64,000 nt of DNA. Origin: Malacoraja senta. Lineage: Eukaryota. Below, one piece after another: positions 11,410 through 24,694 of the stretch (its first letter is position 1; each line of letters opens with the position of its first letter). The translations under genes were made by a program, and so were the position numbers. The notes beneath the pieces were generated by a model that saw only the letters and a list, made by a program, of their open reading frames with translations, was not told where the DNA came from and ran no database searches. The stretch lies in the NCBI GenBank assembly GCA_038087875.1, contig CM075990.1, positions 17,176,001 to 17,240,000 of the forward strand. The letters are read 5' to 3'.

Positions 11410-14400
11410 TTAAAGCTCCGTTAAAACATTTATAATTGCAGAGTGCAAAGTCAAGCCTAGTGATTGGACAGGACATAAATGTCAAAAGTGAAAGAACATT
11501 TTTTCTTGCTGGTTCTTCTGGGAGTTTGCAGGTGTTTCCCACTCAGTGATCTGCTGTTAATACAATCAACTGTTCACTGACCTCAAGATGTATAATTAAA
11601 CTCGAGTTTTAAGGAGAAAGGCTTAATTCACAGTCATGATGTTTTTGCGAGTGAGAAAACTGTACATTGCTTCTGATAAACAATAATCCAACAAGTTAAG
11701 ATGCAATTCGTTAGGGTAATGTTATTTGGACATCACTCCTTGGTGATTCACAACCCCAGCGACCTAGCTTCAATCCTGACCTCGGGTGCTGTCTGTGTGG
11801 AGTTTGCACATTCTCCCTGTTGCTGCGTGGGTTTCCTCCGGGTGATCTGGTTTCCTCCCACATCCCAAAGTCATCCACATTGGTAGATTGTACACTGTAA
11901 ATTGCCCCTAGTGTGTTGGTGTGTGGTAGAATCTGGGGGCCGTTGGTCAGAATGTGATTAAAATTGGGATTAAAAGAGGGCGAGAGTGTACGTGGGCCAT
12001 TGATAGTCGGCACTCAGTGGGCCGAAGGGCCTGCTTTCTATGCTGCATGACTTTTATAACAATACAGTCAAAGCTACAATTCTTGCCAGAGGGAATTAAA
12101 TTATTTATTTTATTCAAATTAAATTATTTATTTAAATTTAAATGATTAAATTGTGCTTATCTATTTTGTAGGAAATTTTAATTCCTTTGTATAATTATCA
12201 AACTCTACTGTAAAATCAAATGTAACTATCTCGAAACTCATGCGATTAGTTATCAAAGACCTCAGATATTAAAATGGGAGTTGGTACCTAGTAACACCAT
12301 CGTGTTTAGCAGAAAGTAAGGACAAATGTGGTCTAAAGTAGGGGAGTCTGGACCCAGAGGACCAAGATTTAAGGTGGGATGGGGGGGGGGGGGGGGGGGG
12401 GTAATTTAATAGGAACCTGAAGAACAACTTTTTCACTCAGAGGGTGGTGGGTGTATACAACGAGCTGCCAGAGGAGGTAGTTGAGGCAGGTGCTATTATA
12501 ACGTTTAAAAGACATTTGGACTGGTACATGGATAGGAAAAGACTAGAGCGATATGGGCCAAACCCGGGGCATCTTGGTCGGCATGGATGAGTTGGGCCGA
12601 ACGGCCTGTTTTGGTGCTGTGTGACAATGGTTGTAGAGCAAATCTTCTGCAGCCATTGACTGTCCTCGGTGAAGCAACCCTGACTTGGTTAAAAAGATAA
12701 CATTCAATACCTTTGACTTTCACCCCCTCATTGCCATTTTATCAAGTACTCTGTTTATTGACTAGCAAATAAATATGAAATATAGACAATAGGTGCAGGA
12801 AAGGCCATTCAGCCCTTCGAGCCAGCACTGCCATTCACTGTGATCATGGCTGATCATCCACAATCAAATCAAAAGCTAGATAAACTGCTGTGTTTAACTT
12901 TGAAATGGGCAACATAACAGCAGAGGAGTGTACAGTGAGCACAGGATTAAGTTCTAAACCGATGATGTGTCAGTTGGAAACACAAGGAACCACAGATGTT
13001 AGTTTAATAAGTCAGGGTCAGGCAGCATCTCTGGAGGACGTGTGTGGGCAATGTTTGAAGTCAGAACCCCTTCCTCAGTCTGATTGTAGTAGTGGGGAGA
13101 AAGCTGGACAAGGGATGGGGGCAGGACCAAGTGATAGGTGGATACAGGTGAGGTGTGTGTGATAGGCAGATGGATGGACAAAGGCTGGAGATGAAGGGTG
13201 CCAGATGTGGAAAGAAGAGGAGTGAACTGTAAATGCAGGGGACGATATATTGGTGGAATGACGCGGGTGAGAGGAAGGGAAAAGGGGCAGCATAGTGAGT
13301 GAAAGGGGCAATACAGTGATGACAGAGGGGATGAAGGGGGGAGCTAAAATTGGAGAATTCAATGTCCATACAGCTGGGTTGTAAGCTATGATGCGACGCT
13401 GTTCCTCCATTTTGAGAGTGGCCTCGCTCTGGCGATGGAGGGGGCCTAGGACAGAAAGGTCAGTGTGGGAATGGGAAGGGGTTAAATTGGTTAACAACTG
13501 GGATAACCTCTAGGCCTTGGTGGGCCGAGCGCAGGTGTTTGGTGAAACTACCTACCAAAGCCCCTCACCTGCATCCACCTGTCGGAGTAGAGGTTTAAAA
13601 GAGTGGAGCGATTGTAATTGGTGTTTGCAGAGCCACTTCTGTGAACAACTCACAAAATAGTCGCCCGGCTTGGACGCCATCTTGGAGAGTTTGTTCCGCT
13701 GACTGGTCAGCATGCAACAGAAGCTTTTCAATGTACCTCGGTACACCTGACAATAAATAAACTTAACTAAACTAAACCTATCACTTTGCCAGGCTTTGTC
13801 CCGCCTCACCACTGTCTCACCAGTCTCACGGAAACATTCTAACACACTTACCAGGGAGCAGGAGTAGCAATATATTATCTTCCCTTTGAATGAATGAATG
13901 AATAAGTTTATTGGCCAAGCATTCACATACAAGGAATTTGCCTTGGTGCTCCACCCGCAAGTGACAGCATGACATACAATAACAGTTAGGAATGGGACAT
14001 AAAACATTAAACATTAATAATAAAACATTATTGATTAAACATGTGAATTATATAAAATACCAGAGCAAAAGGAGGCTACAGATTAGTTAGTTAATATTAC
14101 CATGTGTTAGTTTGAGTTGGTGGAGCTACTGTTAGGAGTTATCCTGCTGGTTTACATGCCTGACATTAACAGGCATGTTGGTTTTGTACAATGAGTCAAT
14201 CAACAAACCTATCCTGGAATTTTGTTTGAAAAAATTAATGTATCATTTGCATAATATGTTTATCTGCATATTACTGAGATAATTAACATCCCTTATTATC
14301 TAATTAAGTTCATTAAGTGTCTACCAACACAGCATCATGAAGTTGACATTATGTTCTACTGTCAGAGACTGCACTGTTTTCATGCGAAGTAATTAATATG

Positions 14401-17400
14401 TAAATTAGCATCATGTTTAATTGTATTTGTGGAGGTTTGTGAATAGAATATAAACCTAGATACCTTCATGTGGTTAGTTACATTGAACTGTAAAGGGCTT
14501 ACTGATCAAGAGGCCGTTTGGCCCATCTGATGTAAGGCAGCTCCACATCTCCTGCCGCCCCTGTCCAACCAATGAATCCATCTTATCATCTGTACCCTGC
14601 TTCCTCAAGTCCCTCTGCAGAAATGCATCATTAGCCAGATAGGATGTTATTATTCTTAATGCAATATCTTCATGGACAATTACATTCCAGATATAATCTC
14701 CCCCAGCTGAGAAACTGCCGTCACCTGCTTTGGGACTGTGGTTATCTCCCCATTTTTTAATGTGGTAAGTTGCAACTTAAGAAGACACTTGTGATTGCGA
14801 TTTCCTTCACATCGGTGAGACCAGTCATAGACAAGGTGACTGTTTTGTCAAAACACTTACACACCGGTCCGCCAAGGCCTGCAGGATCTCCCACACTAAT
14901 GCTACCCGTTTTCACTCCTCTTCCCATTCCCACACTGACCTTTCAGTCCTGGGCCTCCTCCACTTTCATGGCCTGATGCAAACTGGAGCATCGCCTCATA
15001 TTCCGCTTGGCCAGCTTACAGCCCAATGGTGTGAACATTTAATTCTCCAATTTCAAGTAATAACCCTACAACCTCCTCTCGTTCCTCTGCACCCCCCCCC
15101 CCCCCATCCCCCCGACCCCCCCAACCCAGCATGATGCACACATATTTCTACATATTTCTTCCACAAGGCGAAATTCTGCTTCTTGATTCTGTTCGATTCT
15201 TACGTCAAAAAATCTCAGAACTCAGCTCGGACCTTGGAGCAGTGAGGAGTGGCCACAGCAGAATGCCCAGTGGCGACCCGGCAGCTTGAAGTGTGGCGGG
15301 ATAAAACTGGCTGGGGTATTGAGTGCAGAGAAGCCTGGTGCACCAGAGTCAGGGGATATGGGGAGAAGGCAGGAACGGGGTACTGATTCTGGATGATCAG
15401 CCATGATCACATTGAATGGCCTACTCCTGCACCTATTGTCTATTGTCACCCTTTAGTCCTTGGGATGTGCTTATTGGTCCCGACTAGCGCAAATGGTATT
15501 AGTATCGGTTAGTTATTGCTATGTGTACCGAGATACAGTGAACAACTTTGTGTTGTTTGAGAGAGTATAGAACTAGAGGGCACAGCCTCAGAATTAAAGG
15601 ACGTTCTTTTAGGAAGGAGATGAGGAGAAATTTCTTTAGTCAGAGGGTGGTGAATCTGTGGAATTCTTTGCCACAGAAGGCTGTGGAGGCCAAGTCAATG
15701 GATATATTTTTAAGGCAGAGATAGATAGATTCTTGATTAGTACGGATGTCAGAGGTTATGGGGAGAAGGCAGGAGAATAGGGTTAGGAGGGAGAGATAGA
15801 TCAGCCATGATTGAATGGCGGAGTAGAGTTGATGGGCCGAATGGCCTAACTCTACTCCTATTCCTTATGACCTTATGATCTAGACCAATCATACCACACA
15901 CAAGTATATCAGGTAGTGCAAAAGAGAAAATAAAGAATAAAAGTGAGAGTGCAGAATAAACAAAAGTGCAGGGGCCACTACAAGGTAGATTGGAAGGTTA
16001 GGAATTCATCGTTAGCAGATGAAGGTTGGTTTAAGATTCTGATAATAACAGGGAAGAAGGTGTTCTGGAATCTATTGAGTACTGTGTTTACAAACCTGTT
16101 TGTGTTCTGTGAGTAAGTATTTCATCGTTCCGTTTTGGTACGTATGACAATGAAACACTCGATTCTTGACTTTTGAATCTGGAGGTAATGTACGTGCTTT
16201 CAGGTTTGCTATTTGACAGAAGAACGGAGAAGAGGGAATGAATGGGGTGTGAGTGGTCCTAGATTATAAAACATTGGACATAGAACAGAGAACAGCACAG
16301 CACAGGAACAGGCCCTTCAGCCCACAATGTTGGTACCAAACATGATGCCAACACCAGCACTTATCTACCTGTACATAGCCCATATTCCTCCATTCCCTGC
16401 ATATCCATACTCCTACCCAAACGTTGTTTAAACGCTACTAACATATTTGCTTGATAAGTTAACTCATATGCGCTTACTATAACCTTACTATAAAGGACGT
16501 TCCTTTAGGAAGGAGATGAGGAGGAATTTCTTTAGTCAGAGGGTGGTGAATCTGTGGAATTCATTGCCACAGGAGGCTGTGGAGGCCAAGTCATTTGATA
16601 TTTTTAAAGCAGAGATGGATAGATTCTTGATTAGTACGGGTGTCAGGGGTTATGGGGAGAAGGCAGGAGAATTGGGTTGAGAGGAAGAGATTGAATGGCG
16701 GAGTAGACTTGATGGGCCGAATGGCCTAATTCTGCTCCTATCACATGACAACAGGGGGCATTGTGGCAGAGAACCAGCCATTATGTCCTCATCATCAGCA
16801 AAAGTGATTGATTGGTATGGTAACAAGCAATGACCTTGGACGATATTATTAGCTTAGCAATTGTACAGTCTCGCTGGGGCCCCAGCTCATATATGTTTGA
16901 TGAGTTAATTCAGTGAGAGTTTCAGTTAAGTAACAATAATGTTTTGTCAGAGCTTAGCTGTGACTAAAAGCTTAATGATCCTGTAAACAAACACAATATA
17001 ATCACAGCCTTCATGTGGTGCAAGCATCTCCTGCTGTGAGCTGCTAATGAATGCAACTTCTCAGTGGGGTATCTGGCTTTGGACAAGGGCCAGCACACAT
17101 CTGTACCATGCACAACCCATGTTAGTTCACAGCAGGGAGCATGTAATTATGTTTGCGTCTGCCACCTTACTTGCACGGAGAACTCAAACTAAGCAGAATG
17201 TGCGTGTCGAATTATAACCTAGTCAAGATTAGCGGCGTTCCTTGCGTGCTGCTGTAAACGGGAATCGTAGCTCCAAACCTAGCCATTCATAATCTGCGAA
17301 TAGATTTTCAATTAATTTTTGCACTGTTTAGTGTGGGAATAAGAAATTCTTACAGATTTCTCCCCCCCCCCCCCCCACCACCTCCCCCTCACAATCAGAC

Positions 17401-17900
17401 TGAAGAGTCCTGATCCGAAACGTCGCCTATCCATGTTCCTCAGAGATGCTGCCTGACATGTTGAGTTACTCCAGCACCTTGTGTTCTTTTGTGTTTAGTT
17501 TAGTTTAGATACAGCGCAGAAACAGGCCCTTCGGCCCACGCCGACCAGCAATCCCCACACACTAACACTAGTGCTGGAGTAACCCAGCAGGTCAGGCAGC
17601 ATCTCTGGAGAACATGGATAGGTGATGGTTTGGGTTGTACCCTCCTCTAGACTGACGGTAGTAGCGGAGAGAAAGCTGATAAGGGATGGGGGGGGGGGGG
17701 GGGGGGACAAAGCCTGGCAAGTGATAGGTGAACACATGTTCTTTGTGTAAACCAGCATTTGCACTTCCTTGTTTCCGACATCAAACGCTGCCCGGTCAGT
17801 GAGGTGCTGAACCATTGGGATAGCAGATGTTGGAGAGGGGATGATGGAAGTTTCACTGTGCATGTCTAATCATACATCTCCCCGCTGTGTGTCCGTGCAG

Positions 17901-17978
17901 GATTTCTCCATCAGAATGGACGAGCAAAGGAAAACTGGTCAGGAAGTGTTTGCCAGCCTCCACATTGACCACATGCAG
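17901..17978 (+). CDS. WDFY4: WDFY4 exon (DFSIRMDEQRKTGQEVFASLHIDHMQ)
   Basis: gtgcag|GAT acceptor, CAG|gtaacg donor; 78 nt; resembles GQELYASLYKDHVQ. Confidence 0.9.
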
Positions 17979-19646
17979 GTAACGTTTCACAACGCTGGCA
18001 GCAGCAGTCATGTATCACCTGAAATCCTCTTCTCATTTCAAAGTTTCCTCCCAGCTGTTATCAGGTCCATTCATCAACTAGAGTGCGGTCCTGGCCTCCC
18101 ATCTACCTCATTGAAGACCTTTGAACAATCTTTAATCGGACTTCATCAGACTTGAACTTGCAATAAATGTTGTACCTTTTATCCTTTAGAAAGTCCTTTG
18201 TCCTTCATCCTTAAGACTCCACTGTGGAAGTCTTAATTGTCTGCATGTGTCTTTTCTTTGAAGATAGACACGAAAAGCTGGAGTAACTCAGCAGGTTAGA
18301 TAGCATCTCTGGTGAAAAGGGATAGGTGATATTTTGGGTCAAGACCCTTCTCCAGACTAGTCTTCTTTGACTGGATAGCAGGCCAACAATATACATCAGT
18401 ATATGTGACAATAATAAACAAAAGTAAACTAAACAAGCATTGAAATATTGGATTTGGAATGCAGGAGGATGAGGGGTGATGTTATAGAGGTGTGCAAGAT
18501 TTTAACGAAATGCACAGAATCTTTTACCCAGGGCAGTAGAATCATAAACCATAGGTTTACGGTAAGGTCATAAGTGATAGGAGCGGAATTAGGCCATTCG
18601 GCCCATCAAGTCTACTCCGCCATTCAATCACGGCCGATCTATCTCTCCCTCCTAACCCCATTCTCCTGCCTTCTCCCCATAACCCCAGACACTCGTACTA
18701 ATCAAGAATCTATCTATCAATGCCTTAAAATCATCCAGTGATTGGCCTCCACAGCTGCCTGTGAGAGGGGAAAGATTGAATGGGAAGCTGGGCCAGGGAC
18801 CCACGATGGCCAACATGGAGAAGGCAGGGAGTGCTGGAGGATGTGTTGGAGGACAGCTGGTTTAGACAGGAGGGCTTTAGATTCTCACTGGTTTACAACT
18901 CATTCTGGGGCAGGAGGGATTGGTAGAGAACTGACGCAGCGGGTAGAGCTGCTGCCCCAGAGAGCCAGAGACCCCGGTCCGATCCTGGCCTCGGGTGCTG
19001 TTTGTGTGGAGTTTTCACCTTCTCCCTGTGACCGCATGGGTTTCCTCCAGGTGCTCTGGTTTCCTCGCACATCTGAAAGTCGTGCGTGTTTGTTGGTTAA
19101 TATAGTTTTAGTTTTGGAGATACAGTATGGAAACAGGCCATTCGGCCCACCCTGTCCATGACGACCAACAATCACCCAAACTCAAAGATAGGCACAAAAA
19201 GCTGGAGTAACCCAGCAGGACAGGCAGCTTCTCTGGAGAGAAGGAATGGGTGACGTTTTGTGTCGAGACCCTACTTCGCCACCACAAACACCCATACACT
19301 ACTTCTCTGCTGGGGACAATTACCTGGAGCCAATTAACCTACAAACCTGCACGTCTTTGGGATGTGGGAGGAAACTGGAGCACCCGGAGAAAGCCCACAT
19401 GGTCACAGGGAGCACGTACAAACTCCTTACAGACAGCACCCGTAGTCAGGATCGAACCCAGGTCTCTTGAGCTGTAAGGCAGCAACTCTACTGCTGCAAC
19501 ACTGTGCCGCCACAGTGGCCCTCTGTAAATGGTCCCCACAGCCTGGATAGAACTAGTGTATGGGGTGATCACTGGTTGATTCAAAGGGCCGAAGGGCCTG
19601 GTTCCATGTTGTATCTCTAAAACTAAAACTAACAACTTTATGGTTA

Positions 19647-19986
19647 TAGGTCTGTCCCACTTACGCAACTTTTTCGGCGACTGCCGTCACCCGTCATAGG
19701 TCGTTGCAGGTCGCCGAAAATGTTCAACATGTTGCACATCCAGCGGCGACCAGAACAGGGTACGACTCTTTGGGTGACTACTCACGACCGTACACGCTTC
19801 ACCCCGCGACATGTCGCCAGGGTGTCGCCTGTATGGTCGTGAGTCGTCTCCTCAGTCGCCCAAAGAGTCGTAGCGTCTTTCTGGTCTCCGCTGGATTTTC
19901 AACATGTTGAAATTTTCGGTGACCTGCAACGACCTATGACGGGTGCCGGTAGTCACTGAAAAAGTCGCGTAAGTGGGACAGGCCCA
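19647..19986. mobile_element. PIF/Harbinger-like MITE (same subfamily as 11084-11409)
   Basis: Same TIR and internal sequence; TTA TSD. Confidence 0.85.
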
Positions 19987-20516
19987 TTAGGTACGTGGTC
20001 TGTATTAGGCACTGGTGTGAGATTCTCATAATGGCATGCACAGTGTATAAAATCATGAGAGGAATAGATTGGGTAGATGCACAGAGTCTCTTGCCCAGAG
20101 TAGGGGAATCGAGGACCAGAGGACATAGCTTTAAGGTGAAAGCTATAGCTTTAACTTTTTCACACAGAGGGTGGTGGGTGTATGGAACAAGCTGCCAGAG
20201 GAGGTAGTTGAGGCTGGGACTATCCCATCGTTTAAGAAACAGTTGGACAGGTACATGGACAGGATGGGTTTGGAGGGATATGGGCCAAATGCAGACAGGT
20301 GGGACTAGTAATGATGGACCATGTTGGGCGAGTTGGGCCGAAGGGCCTGTTTCCACGCTGTATCACACTGTAGCTCTGTGATGATAAGCAGGAGGTGGTG
20401 TATTCCAGCACGGAAACTGCAGTCTTTTTCGATGCGTGGGGGGAAAGTGGCAGTTGTGTTGCCAGCTGCAGGCAGCGTTGATGCCATCTGTTGACGCTTC
20501 TCTCTTGTGTCCCCAG

Positions 20517-20741
20517 ATGCAGAAGTGCATCGTGAGGCGCGCAGTGACGGACTGGGCAAAAGTTGAAGAGCAGCTGCTGCAAGAGCGGGGATTATGGGGG
20601 CCTTCATCAGGGCTACAGCAGGGGGCCTGCATCCTCGACATGGCTGAGGGGCCAGGGCGAATGAGGAAGAAGATGAGACGCCAAACCATTTGCATCAAGT
20701 ATCCTCAGGATGCACGTCGAAGCAAAGAGGCCAATCGTGAA
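20517..20741 (+). CDS. WDFY4: WDFY4 exon (MQKCIVRRAVTDWAKVEEQLLQERGLWG...EGPGRMRKKMRR...NRE)
   Basis: ccccag|ATG acceptor, GAA|gtaaga donor; 225 nt; EGPxRMRK motif typical upstream of PH-BEACH. Confidence 0.92.
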
Positions 20742-21142
20742 GTAAGATTATATCTGAATATTTGCATTAGTCTACGTTGGGAAATCTGCTAATTACGACA
20801 GAGAATTAATTCCATGTTTTGTATTATTAGGATGTGAAGTCGATCTGCCCCTTCTCTGGACACTAATTGTGCAGCAAGTGTTGTTCTAAACGGGGCTGTA
20901 TTTGTGGACATGAAGGTGGTGGGATGTATAACCTGCAGTGGTTCAAACAACACTCTTGGCTGCAGTGTGATGATTTAAACATTTTACAGCTGCCAGTATG
21001 CCGTGCTGTCACAGCAAAGGCAGTGGTTCTACATGTTAATGTTTCTGGGGGCATTCACATGCAGTAACATGGTCACAAACTATATATCCATTGCCCCTTG
21101 CCCCACCCCTAGCCCCTTCCAATAGTAATGAAGAGAGTAGCG

Positions 21143-21540
21143 GGTGGATTGTCGTGGTGGAGAAGCTTGTGTGGACCTGAGATCCTGAGAGCGATGCCGT
21201 CTGGAGCCATGCTCCTGGTAGGGCCACCCATGGCGGTAAGGTCGAGGGGAAGGTCTCTGACAAAGAGCAATCCAACCAAGACCTCAACGGTGGAACAGGC
21301 GGAGGACGATGGCTGACCTTAGTGGAGCGTCACAACGGCTGGGAAGGCGGATGAAGGCTGCAGCAGAAAAGGGTCTCCAGTCGTCTTGGACTCCATGCCA
21401 CTGGATCCTGACCCAGATCTGTCAAGGACCATGTGGTGGCTGTCTGTGCACCAGTCTCCCCACGTTAAACAAAGTCACACACAGGCATCATCCATAAGAG
21501 GACAGTCATACTCGTTTCGAGTGAGCACCGATGATGATGA
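21143..21540 (+). mobile_element. RTE-clade-derived non-autonomous retroelement
   Basis: 5' part TTGTCGTGGTGGAGAAG...CTCCTGGTAGGGCCACCCA...GACAAAGAGCAATCC resembles recalled RTE (Expander/Rex3/BovB-type) 5' UTRs; ends in (GAT)n; no ORF. Confidence 0.5.
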
Positions 21541-22073
21541 GAGGGTTGTGTTGGGCAGACCTAATTGGCAGCAAGAACACCAATTTGCAACCCGCAAGAC
21601 ATTAGAAAATCATGTCAGCAGCTGGATGCGTTTTGACAAACTCCAGAGGGTAAGCTGTCTGTCGGGCAACCCCTGCGATGAGACTGATTGACGGAAAGAC
21701 ACAGCATGGGAACAGGCCCGTTCGTTGACCCACTGAGTCCACATCAAGAGGTTGAGAGGGAAAGACAGATCAGGCATGGTTGAATGGTGGAGCAGACTAG
21801 ATGGGCTGGATGGTCTAATGCTCTTAGAACTAATGAACTATTGTATGTGCCTCCTCCACCAGCTCTGGCAGCTTGTTCCAGGCACCCACCACACTCTGTA
21901 CACTTCCCCGCATGTCTCCAATAAACCTCCCTCTCTCACCTTAAAGCTATGCCCTCTAATCTTTGACATTTCCATCCTGGGGCAAAGATTCCGACTGCCT
22001 ACCATATGTCCAGTATGCCTCTCATAATAGTATGTACTTTAATCAAGTTTCCCCTCAATCTTCAAAACACTAA

Positions 22074-22401
22074 TGGGCCTGTCCCACTTACGCGACTTTT
22101 TCGGTGACTGCCGGCACCCGTCATAGTCGCAGCAGGTCACCGAAAATGTTCAACATGTTGAAAATCCAGCGGCGACCAGAACAAGGTACGACTCTTTGGG
22201 CGACTACTCACGACCGTACAGGCTTCACCCCGCGACATGTCGCCAGTATGGTCGTGAGTCGTCTCCTCAGTCGCCCAAGAGTCGTAGCGTCTTTCTGGTC
22301 ACCGCTGGATTTTCAACATGTTGAACATTTTCGGCCACCTGCAATGACCTATGACGGGTGCCGGCAGACGGCGAAAAAGTCGCGTAAGTGGGACAGGCCC
22401 G
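22074..22401. mobile_element. PIF/Harbinger-like MITE (same subfamily as 11084-11409)
   Basis: Same TIR and internal sequence; TAA TSD. Confidence 0.85.
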
Positions 22402-22773
22402 TAATTCTGCAGATGCTGCCTGATTTGCTGATACCACTCGCTTTTGAAAAATATTTGCTTGCCTCTTAATTTTGGTCTATAAATTGTGGACAGTATTTAC
22501 ATTAAATTTATAAAATACTAATGCAACATGTTTGCCTCAATCCCAATGAATGAAGTTATGCCACGCTAGCTTCTTTGTCATGTGCCACAAGCTTTATGTT
22601 TGAGAAAATTATTGTTCATGTTTCATTGTCAAATGTGATAGGAGTAGAATTAGGCCATTCAGCCCATCATCTACTCCGCCATTCAGTCGTGGCTGATTGT
22701 GACCATTGAAAGAGAATCAGGTTAAAAGTCTATTCTCGAAGTCCTTGACATTCCACATTTACTTTCCTCACAG

Positions 22774-22864
22774 ATTGGTGCGAATCCTGGCAGCGACCAG
22801 TTGCAGCTCATGCTATGCTCTGTGGATGAACACATGGGACGGGCCGACAGCCAGCTATACTCAG
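22774..22864 (+). CDS. WDFY4: WDFY4 linker exon (IGANPGSDQLQLMLCSVDEHMGRADSQLYS)
   Basis: Pyrimidine tract + cacag|ATT, CAG|gtaacc donor; 91 nt open frame supplies exactly the phase 0 to 1 change needed; peptide poorly conserved. Confidence 0.75.
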
Positions 22865-23304
22865 GTAACCCGCCACCACTCCCAACCACTTCCTTCAGCT
22901 GCTCTGGGTCCTTTGGCGGGTAGAAATTAATCGTTCACTGAAGACACAAACTCAATGCGTACATTGTGGCGGTACATATCTGAACAGCAAATGATGAAAA
23001 CTAGATTGATGTACAACAGCCACGAGAGGCACAAGAGCTGTTATATGCGTGCCGACAGCTTTTAGTCCACAAGAAAAACATTGCGTAATGTGCTGGGTAG
23101 GAAGGAACTGCAGATGCTGGTTTAAGCCGAAGAAAGACGCAAAATGCTGGAGTAACTCAGCGGGACAGGCAGCATCTCTGGAGAGAAGGAATGGGTGACG
23201 TTTCGGATCGAGACCCTTCTTCAGGGTTCTGAAGAATAATGTACTGTTTTAGTTCCTTTTACCCATTTGAAGTGAGCTGCATGTTTTAGAACATAGTAGT
23301 TTAG

Positions 23305-23585
23305 TTTAGTCTACTACCCCACAGAAACAGGCCCTTCAGCCCACCGAGTCTGTCCTGACCAGCGATCCCCATACACTAGCACTATCCCACACACAATATT
23401 TTATCAAAACCAATTAACCTACAAACCTGCACGTCTTTGGGTGTGGGAGGAGACCGGAGCTTCTGGAGAAAACCCACGCAGGTCACGGGGAGAACGTACA
23501 AACTCCGTACAGACAGCACCCGTAGTCAGGATCGAACCCAGGTCTCTGGCGCTGTGAGGCAGCAACTCTACCGCTGTGCCACCGC
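23305..23585 (-). mobile_element. tRNA-derived SINE, HE1-like, full length
   Basis: Reverse complement of the 8275-8615 family, including A/B boxes. Confidence 0.8.
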
Positions 23586-23589
23586 ACCA

Positions 23590-24000
23590 ACTGGAATTTA
23601 GAAGGATGAGAGGGAATTTTATAGAAACATATAAAATTCTTAAAGGATTGGACGGGCTAGATGCAGGAAAAATGTTCCCGAAGTTGGGGAAGTCCAGAAC
23701 CAGGGGTCACAGTTTAAGAATAAGGGGTCGGCCATTTAGGACTGAGATGAGGAAAAACATCTTCACCCAGAGAGTTGTGAATCTGTGGAATTCTCTGCCA
23801 CAGAAGGCAGTGGAGGCCGATTCACTGGATGTTTTCAAGAGAGAGTTAGATTTAGCTCTTAGGGCTAATGGAATCGTGTGATGTGGGGGAAAAGCAGGAA
23901 CAGGGGTACTGATTTTAGATGATCAGCCATGATCATATTGAATGACGGTGCTGGCTCGAAGGGCCGAATGGCCTGCTCCTGCACCTATTTTTCTATGTTT
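23590..24000 (+). mobile_element. CR1/HER1-like LINE 3' fragment (representative)
   Basis: ORF 23576-23881 RRMRGNFIETYKIL...RTRGHSLRI...FTQRVVNLWNSLP is the CR1 ORF2 C-terminus; 3' UTR ends in (TTTCTATG)n. Similar 5'-truncated pieces near 3565, 5305, 7790(-), 12340, 15570, 16490, 20045, 30035, 32790(-), 34420, 36320(-), 37695, 41420, 42160(-), 42410, 45035, 49140, 51065, 54130, 55495, 62640. Confidence 0.88.
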
Positions 24001-24053
24001 CTAATACGCTAAACTAAAAATGTACACTCAGCATTCGTGTGTGTTTTGTGCAG

Positions 24054-24202
24054 CGGGCGAGAGTAACATCGATGAACAAGGCATTGACTGCAACCAGCTG
24101 ACATTCTTCCCTGCACTTACCGAGAGTGTCCAGTCTGAGGAGTTCTTCGAGCAGTGTGTCGAGAGGCAGGCCATCCTCCAGGCACTGGTTGACAAGGAGA
24201 AG
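24054..24202 (+). CDS. WDFY4: WDFY4 exon (GESNIDEQGIDCNQLTFFPALTESVQSEEFFEQCVERQAILQALVDKEK)
   Basis: tgcag|CG acceptor, AAG|gtaggg donor; strong WDFY4 similarity. Confidence 0.93.
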
Positions 24203-24545
24203 GTAGGGACGCATATTTCCAAATATTTAAGTTCATTCATCATATCATTTCACAGGATCTAGGAGCAGAATTAAGCCACTCGGCCGATCAAGTCTACTCT
24301 GCCATTCAATCATGGCTCATCTATCTCTCCCTCCCAACCCCATTCTCCTGCCTTCTCCCCATAACCCCTGACACCCGCACTAATCATGAACCTGTCATCC
24401 TCCGCCTTAAAAATATCCTTAAAAGTTAAAACATTATTAAAACGATTCCTTTATCTATTCATCCCATGTTTATTGACTGCTCAGAACGTGAAACTGAATT
24501 GTATATATTAATATATAAGATTATTAATATAGCATTCTTTCACAG

Positions 24546-24694
24546 ATCAACATGAAGGTATCTCTCATCATCACTGAAGGGTCACTGCTGATGGAAGGTG
24601 TCCTGCTCTTTGGCCAAGATCACTTCTACATCTGTGAGAATTTCACTCTGTCATCTTCTGGTGATGTTTACTGCACCAATCACCATCCCTCAAG
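24546..24694 (+). CDS. WDFY4: WDFY4 exon, PH domain (INMKVSLIITEGSLLMEGVLLFGQDHFYICENFTLSSSGDVYCTNHHPS)
   Basis: cacag|ATC acceptor, AG|gtaatg donor; translated by hand. Confidence 0.93.
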
